A stretch of 64,000 bases of DNA from Azolla caroliniana. Its lineage: Eukaryota; Plantae; Polypodiophyta. Below the pieces are notes generated by a model. That model searched no databases. It saw only the letters and a program-made list of their open reading frames with translations, and was not told where the DNA came from. Below, piece after piece: positions 37,334 through 51,097 of the stretch (its first letter is position 1; every line of letters starts with the position of its first letter). Location: the NCBI GenBank assembly GCA_043228905.1, contig JBHGNT010000009.1:8184001-8248000 (forward strand), written 5' to 3'. The position numbers and the translations under genes were made by a program.

Positions 37334-38661
37334 ATGCCTCCGTTACACACAACACTTGTCGAAGTGCACAGAAAATATGAAAGGGCAAATAGGGCAGCCA
37401 AAGACATGGCTGAAGCATACAGGAGAGCCATGGCGGCAGCAGATTGGCTGCAAGAACAATGTGCAAAAAGCCAAGCCAACAACGCCGAATTGTCGGCAAA
37501 ACTCCGACAAACAGAAGAAAAACTTAAAGAAGCAAAAGAGTGGTTCCAGACACTACAGTTTCTTGACAGGTCACAAGAACTTGATCAACAATGATAGGAA
37601 CAACGGAAAGAAGCCGAGAAGAAGGTAGAGGACGTGACCACCAGAGCCACCTCAACGGAACAAAAGGTCACAAAATTAGAAGATCGCATATTGCTGGCTA
37701 AAGCCAAAATAGGTAAACGGTTGGATGCTAAGGATGATGCCATCCAACGGTTAAGCGTCAATTGACCCAACAACAGGATGAAACTAAACAACAAGAAGAA
37801 AAAGTGTAGGAGCTGGAGGAGTATATTCAAATACATGAGGACTATTTCGCAGAGCAAATGTCCGAGAGAGAACTCCTAACAATTGACACACAGGAGGTGC
37901 ATGAAAAAGAAAAGGAACGCATAGAGTTGGTGAATGCCGATTTAAGAACAATTTGCGCCGAATTGGAAGTCCAATATGGAAAAAATGACTGGAGTTGTTG
38001 GTAGCTGAGGCTAAACTGATGCAAGAAGAAGGGTCGGCCAATGCGCGCATAATCGAGTTACATAAAGAACTAGTAGCGGCATAGTACCAGGTCAATATGG
38101 GTGAAGAAAAAGTTCGATCAATACTAAAAGCCCACATGCTCAAAACACTACAACTGGTAGCCGTCTCCCTTGAAAAAGGATGGAAGACCTGGTTGGCGCA
38201 GGCAGCAGAATTGCAACTCTTGTGCGTGGACAGGGATAATAGGAAAGCACAGGGCCAAGGGTTCTTCATGATAACAAAAGAGGCCATCTCTACAGTGTAG
38301 GAATACATAGCTCGGGACTTGTACGAGGTGACAGCCAGTCATCGGGAAGAAATAACTCGACTTATGGAGGAATTTGATGCCCATGATATCGACACTTCTG
38401 TCAAGTTGAACAATTCTATGCCCATGACATCGACACTTTGATGCCCATGACATTGGCGTACGAGCTACAAAACCATAACCACCACCACAGACAAACAATG
38501 TTAACGAAGGGGAGAATATCGCCGACGAGCACGACAGTGATTCCGAACAAGGACATGAAGAAGAACCGTCATTGTTCGACATACTCCAGGATGACGAGCA
38601 CGAAGATGACGACAACAAGAATGACGACAACAAGAATGACGACCCTGATCCAACAGAGTAG
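37334..38661 (+). pseudogene. Decayed coiled-coil ORF with acidic tail, probably a retrotransposon accessory ORF
   Basis: Successive E/K/Q-rich helical segments broken by stops, ending DDEHEDDDNKNDDNKNDDPDPTE. Confidence 0.4.
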
Positions 38662-39339
38662 GAGCAAAACAGTACCGTGGGTTTGACCGGGCAAGGCCCT
38701 GGCTCACGGGCGTGCCAAGTGTTAGCCGGTTAGGGTAAGAGTCGGACAAGTGTGGAAGCGATGGAGTCGACAATGTTCGGATGAACACAGGGTCGGGTCG
38801 GATCGACAAGGTGTATCAATGAGTCGATTAAATAAAAAAATAAATATATTAGAGTTAGTTAGAAGTTTTTGGTTAGTTCTTGCCGAGAAGGCAAAGTGTA
38901 ATTCCTGATGAGTTTGCCTCTCGGGTTGTCATGGATGAACAATTGGAAGATAAAGAGATGGGGAAGTTGATGAGATAAAGAGATGGAGAAATTGATAACA
39001 ATGAGTAGGAATATCTATTCCATGATTGGTGTTGATCTCCTTGATGTTAACAAGGGAGATCAACCCTTTTTATACATGTATTAATGCATGATAAGCATGG
39101 TCATGCTAAGTCTTACATACTATAATATCAAGCATACTAATTCTTGCATGTGAAGTCTTACATACTCAATCTTACATACCACTCTTTATACAAAGGTTTA
39201 AAGTCTAAAGTTTGTCTAGGAGAAATATATGTATACAAGGACCTAAGGCTCAAATTCGAGTCAATGTTCATGACGATAGTATCCCCCTTAAGCGCGGTCA
39301 TCAAGAAGGTGCAGGTTTGCGAGTATATCGAAAATGAAA

Positions 39340-39480
39340 ATCATGAACCACTTCCGGGGCATAAATTTCTAGTGGGGTCCCATGTGGCCTCAGAGATGGG
39401 ATCCTTTCCACAAGACCAGATATGGGAGCTTCCGTCGGCTCTTGCGCGAGTCTAGAATGGTCTTGACTTCATACTCATCC
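39340..39480 (-). pseudogene. Integrase chromodomain remnant
   Basis: EYEVKTILDSRKSRRKLPYLVLWKG-PISEATWDP, with one frameshift. Confidence 0.85.
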
Positions 39481-40492
39481 CCGGTCTCCAAAGCCACACG
39501 GGGGGTGGCTCGATGCTTCTTCCTGGAATTGAGGATGGATGATAGAGCTCAAGAAGTGATGCATGAAAGACATTGTGAATTCGGTAGTGTGATGGAAGAG
39601 CAAGACGGAAAGCCACAAGGTTGACTTTGTCAATGATGTGGAACGGACCCAACATTTTGTAATCAAGTTTGCTGCATGGGCGAGTTGTCGGAATATGCCG
39701 ACGTAATAGCCAGACCATGTCACCTACTTTAAAACCAGGTGTAGCTCGCCGATGTCGATTAACCTTCTCTTTGTGTCGTTCCTAAGCAATGGAGAGGTCT
39801 AGGGATAGGTCCGGATACACTTCTTTCATAAGACGAGCTCGTTCTTCAGTAGACGGATTCACAGAACCAACGGGGATAGTTATGCTAAAGTGTGGGTGGA
39901 ACCCATAATTTGCGAAAAAGGGAGTTACGTTAATTGATGTGTGGAGAATATTGTTGTAGGTGAACGAGTCAGCCATTGGAAGAAATTTGATCCAATCATC
40001 TTGTTGATAACTTATCATGACGGGAACTTGACGTTCCTTATGTGCAAGACTCGGCCACAACCGAGATTCTTTTCATACACAGAAAACAGGTAATCAAATG
40101 CGACACAGAGAAGAGAAATGGTACACACACACTACACAGGAGGTTTACGTGGAAACCCCAAATTAAGGGAAAAACCACGGCAGCCCACAGGCTGCAAACT
40201 GTCACTATGTATGAATGTACAAAACAGTGAGTTCTCGGAGGCAACGACCTCGGACTCACGCTCTTCGCCACAGGTGTCAGGCGGCGGTTACAACAGAGGC
40301 AACAACCTCTTTCTCTCTCTCTCTCTCTGTACAACGTTACGTGCTATCTCTTCTTCTTGCACCAACAAGAAAATAACAACAACAACTAAAAGTTTGCCCT
40401 AAGTCATATTTATACTAATATGACTTTTCGGCTATTTACAAATGTAGCCACAATGGGCTCTCAGAAACATATTTACGAATATGTCTCTTCCT

Positions 40493-40816
40493 CCGGTTCA
40501 TACCGGTTCTACACCATCCGGCTCTCCGTAGCCGGGTACTCCTCATCCGGTTCGCACCGGGCCTGTATCATCCGGCTCTCCGTAGCCGGGTACTCCTCAA
40601 CCGGTTCGCACCGGGCCTGTACCATCCGGCTCTCCGTAGCCGGGTACTCCTCATTCGGTTCGCACCGGGCCTGCACCATCCGGCTCTCCGTAGCTGGGTA
40701 CTCCTCATCCGGTTCGCACCGGGCCTGTATCATCCGGCTCTCCGTAGCCGGGTATTCCTCATCCGGTTCATACCGGGTCTGCACCATCCGGCTCTCCGTA
40801 GCCGGGTACTCGTCAT
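40493..40816. repeat. 54-bp tandem array in the 3' LTR (6 units)
   Basis: Unit CCGGTTCGCACCGGGCCTGTACCATCCGGCTCTCCGTAGCCGGGTACTCCTCAT. Confidence 0.95.
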
Positions 40817-40904
40817 CCGGTTTCTGCCTCGGCCGAGTTTGTTCATCGGCACTGTTCTTCTTCCTTCCCATCCGGAGGGACCTGTTTCCCAACAAACTCC
40901 CCCT

Positions 40905-43900
40905 TCACTTCGGCATGGGGTGTCTTTCCAGCCCGATCTTCTTCCGGCATGCGTTCAGCTTGTCGGGTGTCAACACTTTGGTCAACATATCTGACCCGTT
41001 CTCGGTCGTGTGGATCTTCGTCAGTGCGAACTCGGATGTAGACCGGCTGGTATCCACATCAGCCGACATGTCCGAATCGGTGAAACCGTCCAGTTGAGGT
41101 TTTCCGGAGCCGAATTGGAGACTGATATTTGAAGTGCCCTTCAAATACCGGAGTATCCATTTGACCGCGTTCCAGTGCTCCTTGCCTGGATTGCTCATAA
41201 ACCGGCTCACCACTCCGACTGCGTATCCAATGTCTGGTCGGGTACAAACCATTGCGTACATCAAGCTCCCAATGGCAGAGGCATATGGGATCTTCATCAT
41301 ATCTGCCTTCTCTGCTTTCGTCCTCGGGCTTTGCTTACCGGATAGCTTGCAGTTTGCCGGAAGTGTCGATCCGACCGGTTTTGCATCTGACATGTTGAAC
41401 CGGTGAAGCACCTTTGTCACATTCTTCTCCTGTGACAGCCATAATTGCTTCGCTGACCAGTCCCGAATGATGTGCATCCCCAGCATCTGTCTTGCCGGAC
41501 CCAAGTCTTTCATTGAGAAGGTCCGGTTGAGAGCCTTCTTTAGCATCCGTATTTTGACTTGGTCCCGTCCGACGATCAACATGTCATCCACGTATAGAAG
41601 GAGTATTAGGAAGTCCCCTCCTTCGAACTTCTTCACAAACACGCAGTGATCGGCCTGCGTCTTGTGGTACCCTTGATCGGTCATGAAGGAGTCGAACTTC
41701 CGGTACCATTGCCGGGGAGCCTGCTTCAGTCCGTACAGGCTCTTCTTCAACTGGTATACCAGGTGCTCCTTCCCTTTCTCAACAAATCCTTCTGGTTGCT
41801 GCATGTAGATCTCCTCTTCGAGGTCGCCGTGAAGGAATGCCATCTTCACGTCTAGTTGCTCTACCTCGAGGTCCATGCTTGCTGCTATACTCAGCACCGT
41901 CCGGATGGAGGTCATCTTTACTACCGGGGCAAATATCTCGTCGAAGTCCACGCCCTTCTTCTGCTGGAACCCCTTCACCACGATCCTAGCTTTGTATCTC
42001 GGGGGGTTTCCGGCATCTCCCGGTTTCAACTTGTACACCCACTTGTTTCGGAGTGCCCGCTTTCCTTTCGGCAGCTCCACCAATTCGTACGTATGGTTCT
42101 CATGCAGGGAATCCATCTCGTCCTGCATGGCACTTAACCATTTTCGGCTGTGGGTGTCTTCCTTCGCTTCTTCGAAGCTTTCCGGATCCCCCTCATCGGT
42201 CAGCAGAACATGCTCTGCATCCGGAAATCTCCGGGGCGCCCTTCTCTCTCTGAGAGGATATCTACGTCTTCGGGATTCGGTAACCAGCTCCTCCATTTGC
42301 TCTTCATCCGAATCCGATTCGGGGTCTTGGCCGGTTCCGGTCTTAGCTTCCTCTACTTCTTCTTCTGCCGGTTCGGTATCCTCACCGTAACCGGCTGGTT
42401 CCTCGAGTGCTAACCGGTCTCTTGCCGGTTGGGTCTGCTCATCGTAGAGTCTATCCTTACCGGTCGACTCAGAGTTCATTATCTTCTTCTCCGACTCCCA
42501 GTCGGCGAGGGCCTTGTCCTCCATGAAGATAATATCTCGACTCCGGAATACCTTCTTGTTGACCGGGTCCCACACTCGATAGCCGAACTCATCGTCACCG
42601 TAATCGAGGAATATGCATGGCCGGGTCTTTGGATCTAACTTTCCTCTCCGGTCCTTTGCTACATGCACGTACGCGAGACACCCGAACACCTTCAGATGCC
42701 GGTAGGATACTTCCTTACCGGTCCACACTCTCTGTGGCGTGTCTCCGTCCAAGGGTACTGAGGGTGATCTATTTATCACGTATGTCGCCGTCGACAGTGC
42801 CTCAGCCCAAAACTTCTTGGGTAGTTTTGCATGCGCTAGCATACTCCGGACCCTCTCCATTATGGTCCGGTTCATCCTCTCGGCTAGTCCGTTTAGTTCC
42901 GGCGTCTTCGGCACGGTAAATTCGAGCCGGATTCCCTTCGAGCGGCAGTACTCCTCGAACTGCCCTCGGTACTCTCCTCCGTTATATGCTCGAACCGCCT
43001 TCAGCTTCCGGCCGGTTTCTCTTTCCACTCTCGCGTGGAGCTCTTTGAAGACGGATAACACCTGATCCTTCGTCTTCAACGGTGTGGCCCACAACTTCTG
43101 GCTGTGGTCATCTCTGAACATCACGAAGTACTGCGCTCCGGCATGTGACTTCGTGTCTACTTGACACACATCCGTATGCACCAACTCCAGTGGTGCATTA
43201 CGTCTCATCGGTGGCCTTGGTCTGAAGGAGGTCCGGTTCTGCTTACCAGCCAGACAATCAGTGCACTTCTCTAAGTGCACGTTCTTCACTGGAATGAGGT
43301 TGTCGTCTGCAAGCCTCTTCATCCCCTTCTCGCTCATATGACACAGTCTCTTGTGCCACAACTCACCGGCAGTGTCGAATGCCACAGTCACTTCTTCCGG
43401 ACATAACCGGGCATTCATCAGGTACAACGTGTTTACCTTCCGGGCCCGAGCCACAATCAGGCTTCCTTTGCTGAACTTCATGACACCGTTTCGGATGCTA
43501 CCAGTGTAGACTTCATCATCTAGCCGACCGACTGATATCAGGTTCAGACGAACCTCCGGAACGTGTCGGACATCCTTTAGCAGCAACTTGCATCCGGTTG
43601 GTGTTGTCAGCCACACGTCTCCTATGCCGACAATTCGGCATGTACCTTCATTCCCCATCCGGACATAGCCGTGGTCAACGGCTGAGTAGGATGAGAAGCA
43701 TTTTCGGTCCGGGGTAAGGTGGAACGACACTCCGGAGTCTACCATCCAGGTCATCTCGTCGCCGGCAAGGTTTATCTCACACTCCTCAGTGATGAGCATC
43801 AACTCTTCTTCACTTGCCGCGATTGCCGTCGTTCCCTTCCAGTCCGGCCCCCTCCGGTCTTTACCGTTTCAGTCTTTACCGTTCCAGTCCGGGGTTTGCT

Positions 43901-44678
43901 TCGAATCGGTACCGTCGGTTTCCTTGTCTTTACGGAAATGCTGACAGTTCTTTTGGAAGTGTCCCGGCTTGCCGCAATAGAAGCAAGTAGGCCTCCCCCT
44001 TGACTTTGACCGTGTCCCCGACTTCTCCCGGTTCTGGGGACTACGGTTTCTATGTCTTCCACGTTCCGATTCGGTAAGGAGCGCTTTGGAGTCGGAACTC
44101 GTATCTTTGTCTTTCCGACGTGCCTCCTCATCTAGCAAGCTTGACTTTACTCTTGCTAGGGATAACCGTTTTCCTTCCGGCCCGGCGTTGCCCAAAGTGA
44201 CAACCAACGTCTCCCAGCTATCCGGGAGGGAACCGAGCAGGAGTAGCGCTAGTACCTCATCGGCAAGAGGTACTTCCAACGACGTTGCCTGGTGTATCAG
44301 CCCCTGGAAGGCATTCATATGCTCGGCCATGCTGGAGCCATCTTGGTACCGGAGTCTTACTAGCTTCCGGAATACCGAAACCTGGTTAACAGCATTTTTG
44401 TTTTGGAACATTATGCCGATCTTCTCCCAGAGCTCATGAGCCTTGCTCTCTTCATTGAAATTGTTGTACAGGCTCATGTCGATGAAGCACCGTACATACG
44501 CCGTTGTCTTCATGTGCATCACCTCCCATATCGCGGCATCGATTTTGTCTGGTCTCTTGTCCCCAAACTGAACCGGCAGCCAGAGGTCTTTAACCACGAG
44601 CATGTCCCTCATCTTCGACTTCTATACTGAATAGTTGGAGCCGGTGAGCTTGAACATGCCGCCAAATGATTCGTCCAT
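40905..44678 (-). pseudogene. Copia gag-pol; pol ORF 40905-43802 (PR-INT-RT) with most of RNase H deleted in frame
   Basis: CFYCGKPGHFQKNC, WMVDSG, rve, QLDVKMAFLHG, YVDD; stop at ~44623, frameshift near 43870; RH jumps from SRSTS to EFALTKIHTTENGSDMLTK. Confidence 0.93.
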
Positions 44679-45177
44679 TTTCTGTGTCGATTTCGCTCTG
44701 ATACCACTTGACGGGAACTTGACGTTCCTTATGTGCAAGACTCGGCCACAACCGAGATTCTTTTCATACACAGAAAATAGGTAATCAAACGCGACACAGA
44801 GAAGAGAAATGGTACACACACACACTACACAGGAGGTTTACGTGGAAAACCCCAAATTAAGGGAAAAACCACGGCAGCCCACAGGCTGCAAACTGTCACT
44901 ATGTATGAATGTACAAAACAGTGAGTTCTCGGAGGCAACGACCTCGGACTCACGCTCTTCGCCACAGGCGGCGGTTACAACAGAGGCAACAACCTCTTTC
45001 TCTCTCTCTCTCTGTACAACGTTACGTGCTATCTCTTCTTCTTGCACCAACAAGAAAATAACAACAACAACTAAAAGTTTGCCCTAAGTCATATTTATAC
45101 TAATATGACTTTTCGGCTATTTACAAATGTAGCCACAATGGGCTCTCAGAAACATATTTACGAATATGTCTCTTCCT

Positions 45178-45592
45178 CCGGTTCATACCGGTTCTGCACC
45201 ATCCGGCTCTCCGTAGCCGGGTACTCCTCATCCGGTTCGCACTGGGCCTGTATCATCCGGCTCTCCGTAGTCGGGTACTCCTCATCCGGTTCGCACCGGG
45301 CCTGTACCATCCGGCTCTCCGTAGCCGGGTACTCCTCATCCGGTTCGCACCGGGCCTGCACCATCCGGCTCTCCGTAGCCGGGTACTCCTCATCCGGTTC
45401 GCACCGGGCCTGTATCATCCGGCTCTCCGTAGCCGGGTACTCCTCATCCGGTTCATACCGGGTCTGCACCCGGGTACTCCTCATCCGGTTCATACCGGGT
45501 CTGCACCATCCGGCTCTCCGTAGCCGGGTACTCCTCATCCGGTTCATACCGGGTCTGCACCATCCGGCTCTCCGTAGCCGGGTACTCCTCAT
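45178..45592. repeat. 54-bp tandem array in the 5' LTR (7 full units plus one 37-bp partial)
   Basis: Same unit as 40493-40816. Confidence 0.95.
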
Positions 45593-48500
45593 CTGGTTTC
45601 TGCCTCGGCCGAGTTTGTTCATCGGCACTGTTCTTCTTCCTTCCCATCCGGAGGGACCTGTTTCCCAACATATCATACATCGAGGATATTGCTCTAGGAT
45701 CTGATTTACTTGTTCTGTTTGGCCGTTTGTCTCAGGATGAAAGGTTGTCGAAAATTTTGTGAAAGTTCCAAGAGTCTAGAAGAGGCGTTTCCAAAAATGA
45801 GACATAAATTGGGGACCACGATCAGAGAATAAAATGCGCCATCTTTGTGAATCTGTCAACCACCACCAATATTAAATTGAATCCCTCAATGTTGGGAATG
45901 TCGGTTGTAAAATTCGTTGAGATGGAGGCCCATGGCCTACTTGGAATTGGGAGAGGTTGAAGTAGACCGTAGGGACAATGATGTACTGCTTTGGTGCAGG
46001 CACATGTATCACATGTTTTCACGAATTCTTTAACAAGTTTCCAAGGTTGCGGCCACCAATAACTTCTTGAGATTAACTCCAAAGATTTTTCAACGCCAAA
46101 ATGTCCAACTAAGGCATCATCATGGCATTCCTTCACGATACGGATACGACAAGGACCATCTAGGACATACATTAAGTTGTTTCGAAAAAAAAACCACCCC
46201 GAAACATAAATTGGTCAGGAATATTTCGTACCTCCTTTATGGTTGAATTGTTGACTTGAGTCTCCTTTATCTCTTTTGCAAATTTGTCGGTGGTAGTATT
46301 TGTGGCTATTGCATTGAGTATTGATTCATCTGCACCCATATAAGCTGCAAAGCGTTGAATCTCATGTGGCTATAGTATACAACATGATTATTGATTGTAG
46401 GCCACATCTCCTGGTTGAATTTCGAACTCCGAACGCCGAGATAGGGCATCGGTTTTACCATGTTGGGCACCAGGACGGAAAACAATTTTAAAGTCATAAT
46501 CAGCCAGGAAGGTCAACCATTGCATTTGCCTCCGGTTCAAAATGCGTGTAGTGGTGAAGTAGACGAGGTTCTTGTGATCAGTCACCACCTGGACACGGTG
46601 TTGGGCGCCCACCAAGTAAGGACGCCATTCTTCGAAGGCGGCAATAATGACAGAGAGTTCTTTGTCGTAAATTGGGTAGTTGATCTCGGGGGGTGTGAAC
46701 TTTTGAGAGTAAATGGCAATAGGATGAAGAATCCCATTGTTATCTGATTGAAGAGAATGGCATCGATGGCAATGTTAGAGGCATCAATTTCGATCGTAAA
46801 TGGTTTGGTCAGATTTGGGTGTAGAAGTACCGGAGCCGTGGTAAAAGCTTTCTTTAGTGTCATGAATGCTAGTTGCGTTGTAGGAGTCCAATAGATGAAA
46901 TGACATACCTGAGGAATTCCACTGAGGTTCAATCAAACTCACACTTCTCGGGTTTCACATAAAGTCCATGTTCCCGAAGTTTGGACAGGATAAGTCAGAC
47001 ATGCTTGGTGTGCTCTATGTAGTCTTGTGAGAAGATAGGTATGTCGTCGAGATAGATGACCACACATTGGTCCATATATTCTCGGAAGATGTCATTCATC
47101 ATATGTTGAAAAATGGCAGGAGCGTTTGTGAGACCAAATGGCATTACAATGTATTCACAATGCCCATACTTGGTTCGAAATGCCGTTTTCCAATCATCTC
47201 CGGGCTTGATGCGCACCAAGTTGTAGGCACCTTTGAGATCAATTTTGGAGAATACATGCCCAGGCCAAAGTTAGTCAAAGAGTTCGGGGATTAGAGGTAG
47301 TAGATAGTGGTTTCGAACAGTGACACGATTGAGCCCACGATAATCGATACATAGGCGTAACATTCCATCTTTCTTTTTGACAAATAGAATAGGAGAGCTA
47401 GTTGGAGTTTTGAGTGGCGAATGAATCCCTTTGCGAGATTCTCTTCAATGTATATTTTGAGGGCCTTGAGTTCAGGTTCAGATAACTCATAGATAGGGCC
47501 AAAAAGAGGACAAGCACCATCTTTCAAGTCAATTGGACAATCGTATGGGCGATGTTCAGGCAGGCGATCAACATTTTTCTTCTCAAATACATTAGAGAAA
47601 TCATTGTATTTTGATGGAAAAGAGCTAGTACATAGGGTAGTGTCTAGACTGGGCGTGACCTCCATGTCCTTAGAATTAGAAATGGATGCAATCAACACTG
47701 TATCACTTACCCGAGCAAGAGTGGAAACTGTTTCTGAGGCCAATGTGGGAGTAGCTGTTGATGTTGTTTCTATTGGAGCAACCGTCGACATGGTTCTTGT
47801 TGAAGAGGAAATGGGGGCGACTGCTAATGTGCTCCTCACCGGAGCAAAAATGGGACTTTCCCCCGACACATGCGTGGGAGCAACCATTGACGTGGTCCTC
47901 ACCGGAGCAGAAATTGGAGTGCTCCCCGAAACATAAGTGGGAGCAACCGTTGACATGGTCCTCACCGGAGTAGGCGGCCAAACAAATGGCGGAGCATTGG
48001 CCCGAAGAAGAGTGGAAGTAATCCCTTCTGGGCAAGAATTTGAGGTGAAGTTGATGGACTGAGATCGCCAATCCATGATTGGATTGTGAGTCTCGAACCA
48101 TGATAACCCCAAGATGATAGGATGTCGAGGTGATGTGATGAGGTTAAAAATGATTTCTTCGTGGTGGGCTCCTATGTGGAGACTCAAGGGAATTGTTGTA
48201 TCTGTGATTCAACTAGAAGAGAGCGTTCGATCGTCGATCACTTCAACTGGAATCGGGATAGTTATTTTGCTTCTTGGAATGTTGTGTGTCTATGCAAACA
48301 TGATATCAATAAAGCACGACATAGCCCCAGAATCCAACAAAGCTTTTGTCTTCAGAGTGGTAGAGCCAAGCTGAAGAGTGATCGGAAGTGTGAAGCTTGT
48401 TGTCGAGGAAGTTGGTTGATTGGGCCCTTGACACAATTGTCGACTCTTGTGGTCCAGATGCACATCCCCTATTGTAATTGAACATTGGAGTTTTCCTGTT

Positions 48501-51066
48501 GGCAGAAAATGTCAACCCCATGCACACGATGTGGTGTTTGACAGGGTAGTTTTTTTGAACAAGAGTGAATCAAATGGTCGGGGCCGCCACAATAGAGACA
48601 TAAATTGTTGGCACGTCGATGTTGTTGTTGCGCGTTAGTCAATGGTCGATAATGAATTCGATCTATCTCCATTGGGGAGCTAGAATCTATGGCGGGAGTT
48701 GAAGATTACGTGGAGGATGACATGGTAAGACGGGTTCGTCGACCACAGTAAGTGACTTCGTGTAGCGGCTGGTCAAGGTGGATGGATCCGGTGAGGACGT
48801 TCCTCTTGTCGGAACTCAAAGAGACGATTATCGCAACGCACAGCTTGTGAAATAGCCTCATTCAAAGATGCGGGCTTAGGAAAGTTAAGCCAACGATTTT
48901 TTATCTCACCTTATAATCCTCGACGGAATTGATTGAGGAGGGCTTGTCCATCCCATTCGACATCGCATGCAAGTTGACGAAATTCAGATGCATAGATTGA
49001 TGCTGCACGTTCTCCTTGTTGTAATGCATATAGTTTGTTGAGTGCAGCTTGTCATTTGTCGGTCTCCTTGAAAGTTGCCTCAATTTCGGTACGAAATGCT
49101 TGGAAGTCATTCAAGAGTGCTGAAGAGGTCTCCACTAGAGGGGCAAACCAGGCTTATGCTTGTCCTATCAATGAACTGCTGATGAGTACAACTTGTCAAA
49201 AGTCATCAGAATATCGTCGGGGTTGAAGAAGAATAATAAGGCGGGTTTGGTTGATGAAGCCTCTTAACCACGACCTTGTTCCATCGAATTTTACTGGCAA
49301 GCTGACATTGGGTTCTATAGCAGAAGGGTCAACAATCGAGTGAGGTATAATCATTGTGGCTACCTAAAGTTCTTGAACAGAGTTTCGGAAGTTCGCATTC
49401 TCATGTTGGAGTTGTTGTATGTAAAGGAATACATGTGCAGAAACGTGTGTGTAAACACAGAGTACACAGCTCGGAAAGAAAACAGTTCGGTAAACTCAGA
49501 AAACACAAAGATGGAGATGGAGATGGAGAGACAGAGAGAGAGCAGACAATTCAATTCTATTTCAAAATAATGACGCTCTGTACATACATCGTGCTCAGTG
49601 AGCACCTTTTATACAAGCCCTAACAATTGGGCTGACACAAGTACTGACAATACTTGACCGCTCATAAATGATCCACGACAATCACTCCCAAAATTATTCC
49701 TTACGAGGAATATCTCTCTAACGGCCTTTCGGTTTACGCACCGATACGGCCAAGTTATGCGTACTAACTTGCGCGTCCAGTCTACGCACTAGGTTACGCG
49801 CCGTATTACGCACCCAATGTTAAGCTTGTTACTCAACACTCCCCCTCAAGTTGAACTTGAGGTTCCATCCGCTCTTTCGTATCTACGCTCCGGTTCCTTC
49901 TGGCTTCATGGCTCGCACGCACTCCTCGACCCGTTCGATTCCGCGCACTTCGACCCTTCCGGTCAGCTTGTCAGCTTGTTCGGCCCTTCTCAGCTCCCTT
50001 GTTGTCACGGTGTTGGCGCGTCCTTCGCTGCCCTTTTCTCCGTTTGGCCTTCAGTTGATTCGGCGTATCCAAATCGAACATTTTGATTGAATCGAACACT
50101 TCCGATTCAATTCCACTCTCATCCGAACTGGCTGTCTCCAATTCGTCTCCTGTCTTTAGGCCTTTGATTACATCAGACCACGTCTTAGTCTTGGCCTCTA
50201 CGCCCTTCTTGGTTGTATCTCCCCCTGATTCAGCTATCCTCGGTTCTTCCCTACGGTTATGGCCCTTGCTCTTTTCTTTGACTTCTTCAGCCGGCCCGAA
50301 ATCGAATTCTTCATTCAATTCCACGTCACTGTCACTTCCGCCGCGATGAACACCTCCGCTCCTTTCACGCTCTTGTTCATGTTCTTCCTTGCTCCCCCTC
50401 AAGTTCGGCGTGTCGAGGTAACGCAACCCTAGTTCACCTGAGAAATGCTGTAACTTGTCGAGACCAAGAGGCTTGGTGAAGATATCGGCAACCTGCCGAT
50501 CTGTCGGAACATACGCTAGTTCGACTTCACCTGAAAGGACCCGCTCGCAGAAAAAATGGTAATGCACCTCAATGTGCTTGGTCCGGGCGTGGAACACGGG
50601 GTTTTTTGCAAGGTGGATACTGTTGAGGTTGTCGTAATAGATCGTCGTCGGATCAGACACCTCTACATGTAGATCTCGTAATAGCCGTTTCAGCCAAATG
50701 ACTTCGCATGTAGCGACAGTCACCCCTCGATATTCAGCCTCTGTGATCGACAGTGCCATTGTCGGCTGCTTTTTGCTGCTCCACGCGATCGCTGCACTTC
50801 CTAATGAGAAGGCGTTGTCGTGAAGAAAACCGTCCACAAGCGGAATCGGTGCACCGGGGCGTAGGAACCGGCTCTTCATGCCCGTACGCCTTATATTGTA
50901 CATAAGGGAGAATTAGGAACATAGGAGATCCTAGGTAGGTAGATTTAGTGGGTAGGAAGTAAAGGGGAAACGGCTCCTTCCTTGCCTATAAAAGGAGGGA
51001 GACGAGAAGGGGGATTGGGAGCGGAGAGTCGAGGACGAAGTGTTGTTGGTTGGTGGGCTGAAGGCT

Positions 51067-51097
<31 letters not shown>

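Larger units (their letters stand above)
40018..45670 (-). mobile_element. Tnt1/Tto1-like (Tork-type) Copia element inserted in the chromovirus integrase
   Basis: LTRs 40018-40894 and 44709-45670; TSD TATCA; iMet PBS ending at 44706; PPT 40895-40907. Confidence 0.96.
38927..49419 (-). mobile_element. Decayed chromovirus (Tcn1-like Ty3/Gypsy); 3' LTR ~38927-39275, 5' end missing
   Basis: Gag KFDGTRS and knuckle CLYCGGPDHLIHSC, PR LLDSGA, RT KTAFRT...[10 protein letters not shown]...YLDD, RH, INT CHD...GHFG...YWWP, chromodomain, PPT near 39282. Confidence 0.88.

Noticed and set aside
40420-45704. Repeat-protein ORFs (EPDEEYPATESRMVQARC and others) and a CRISPR-like appearance
   Set aside because: These are translations of a 54-bp head-to-tail LTR array; no unique spacers or cas genes, and the context is eukaryotic.
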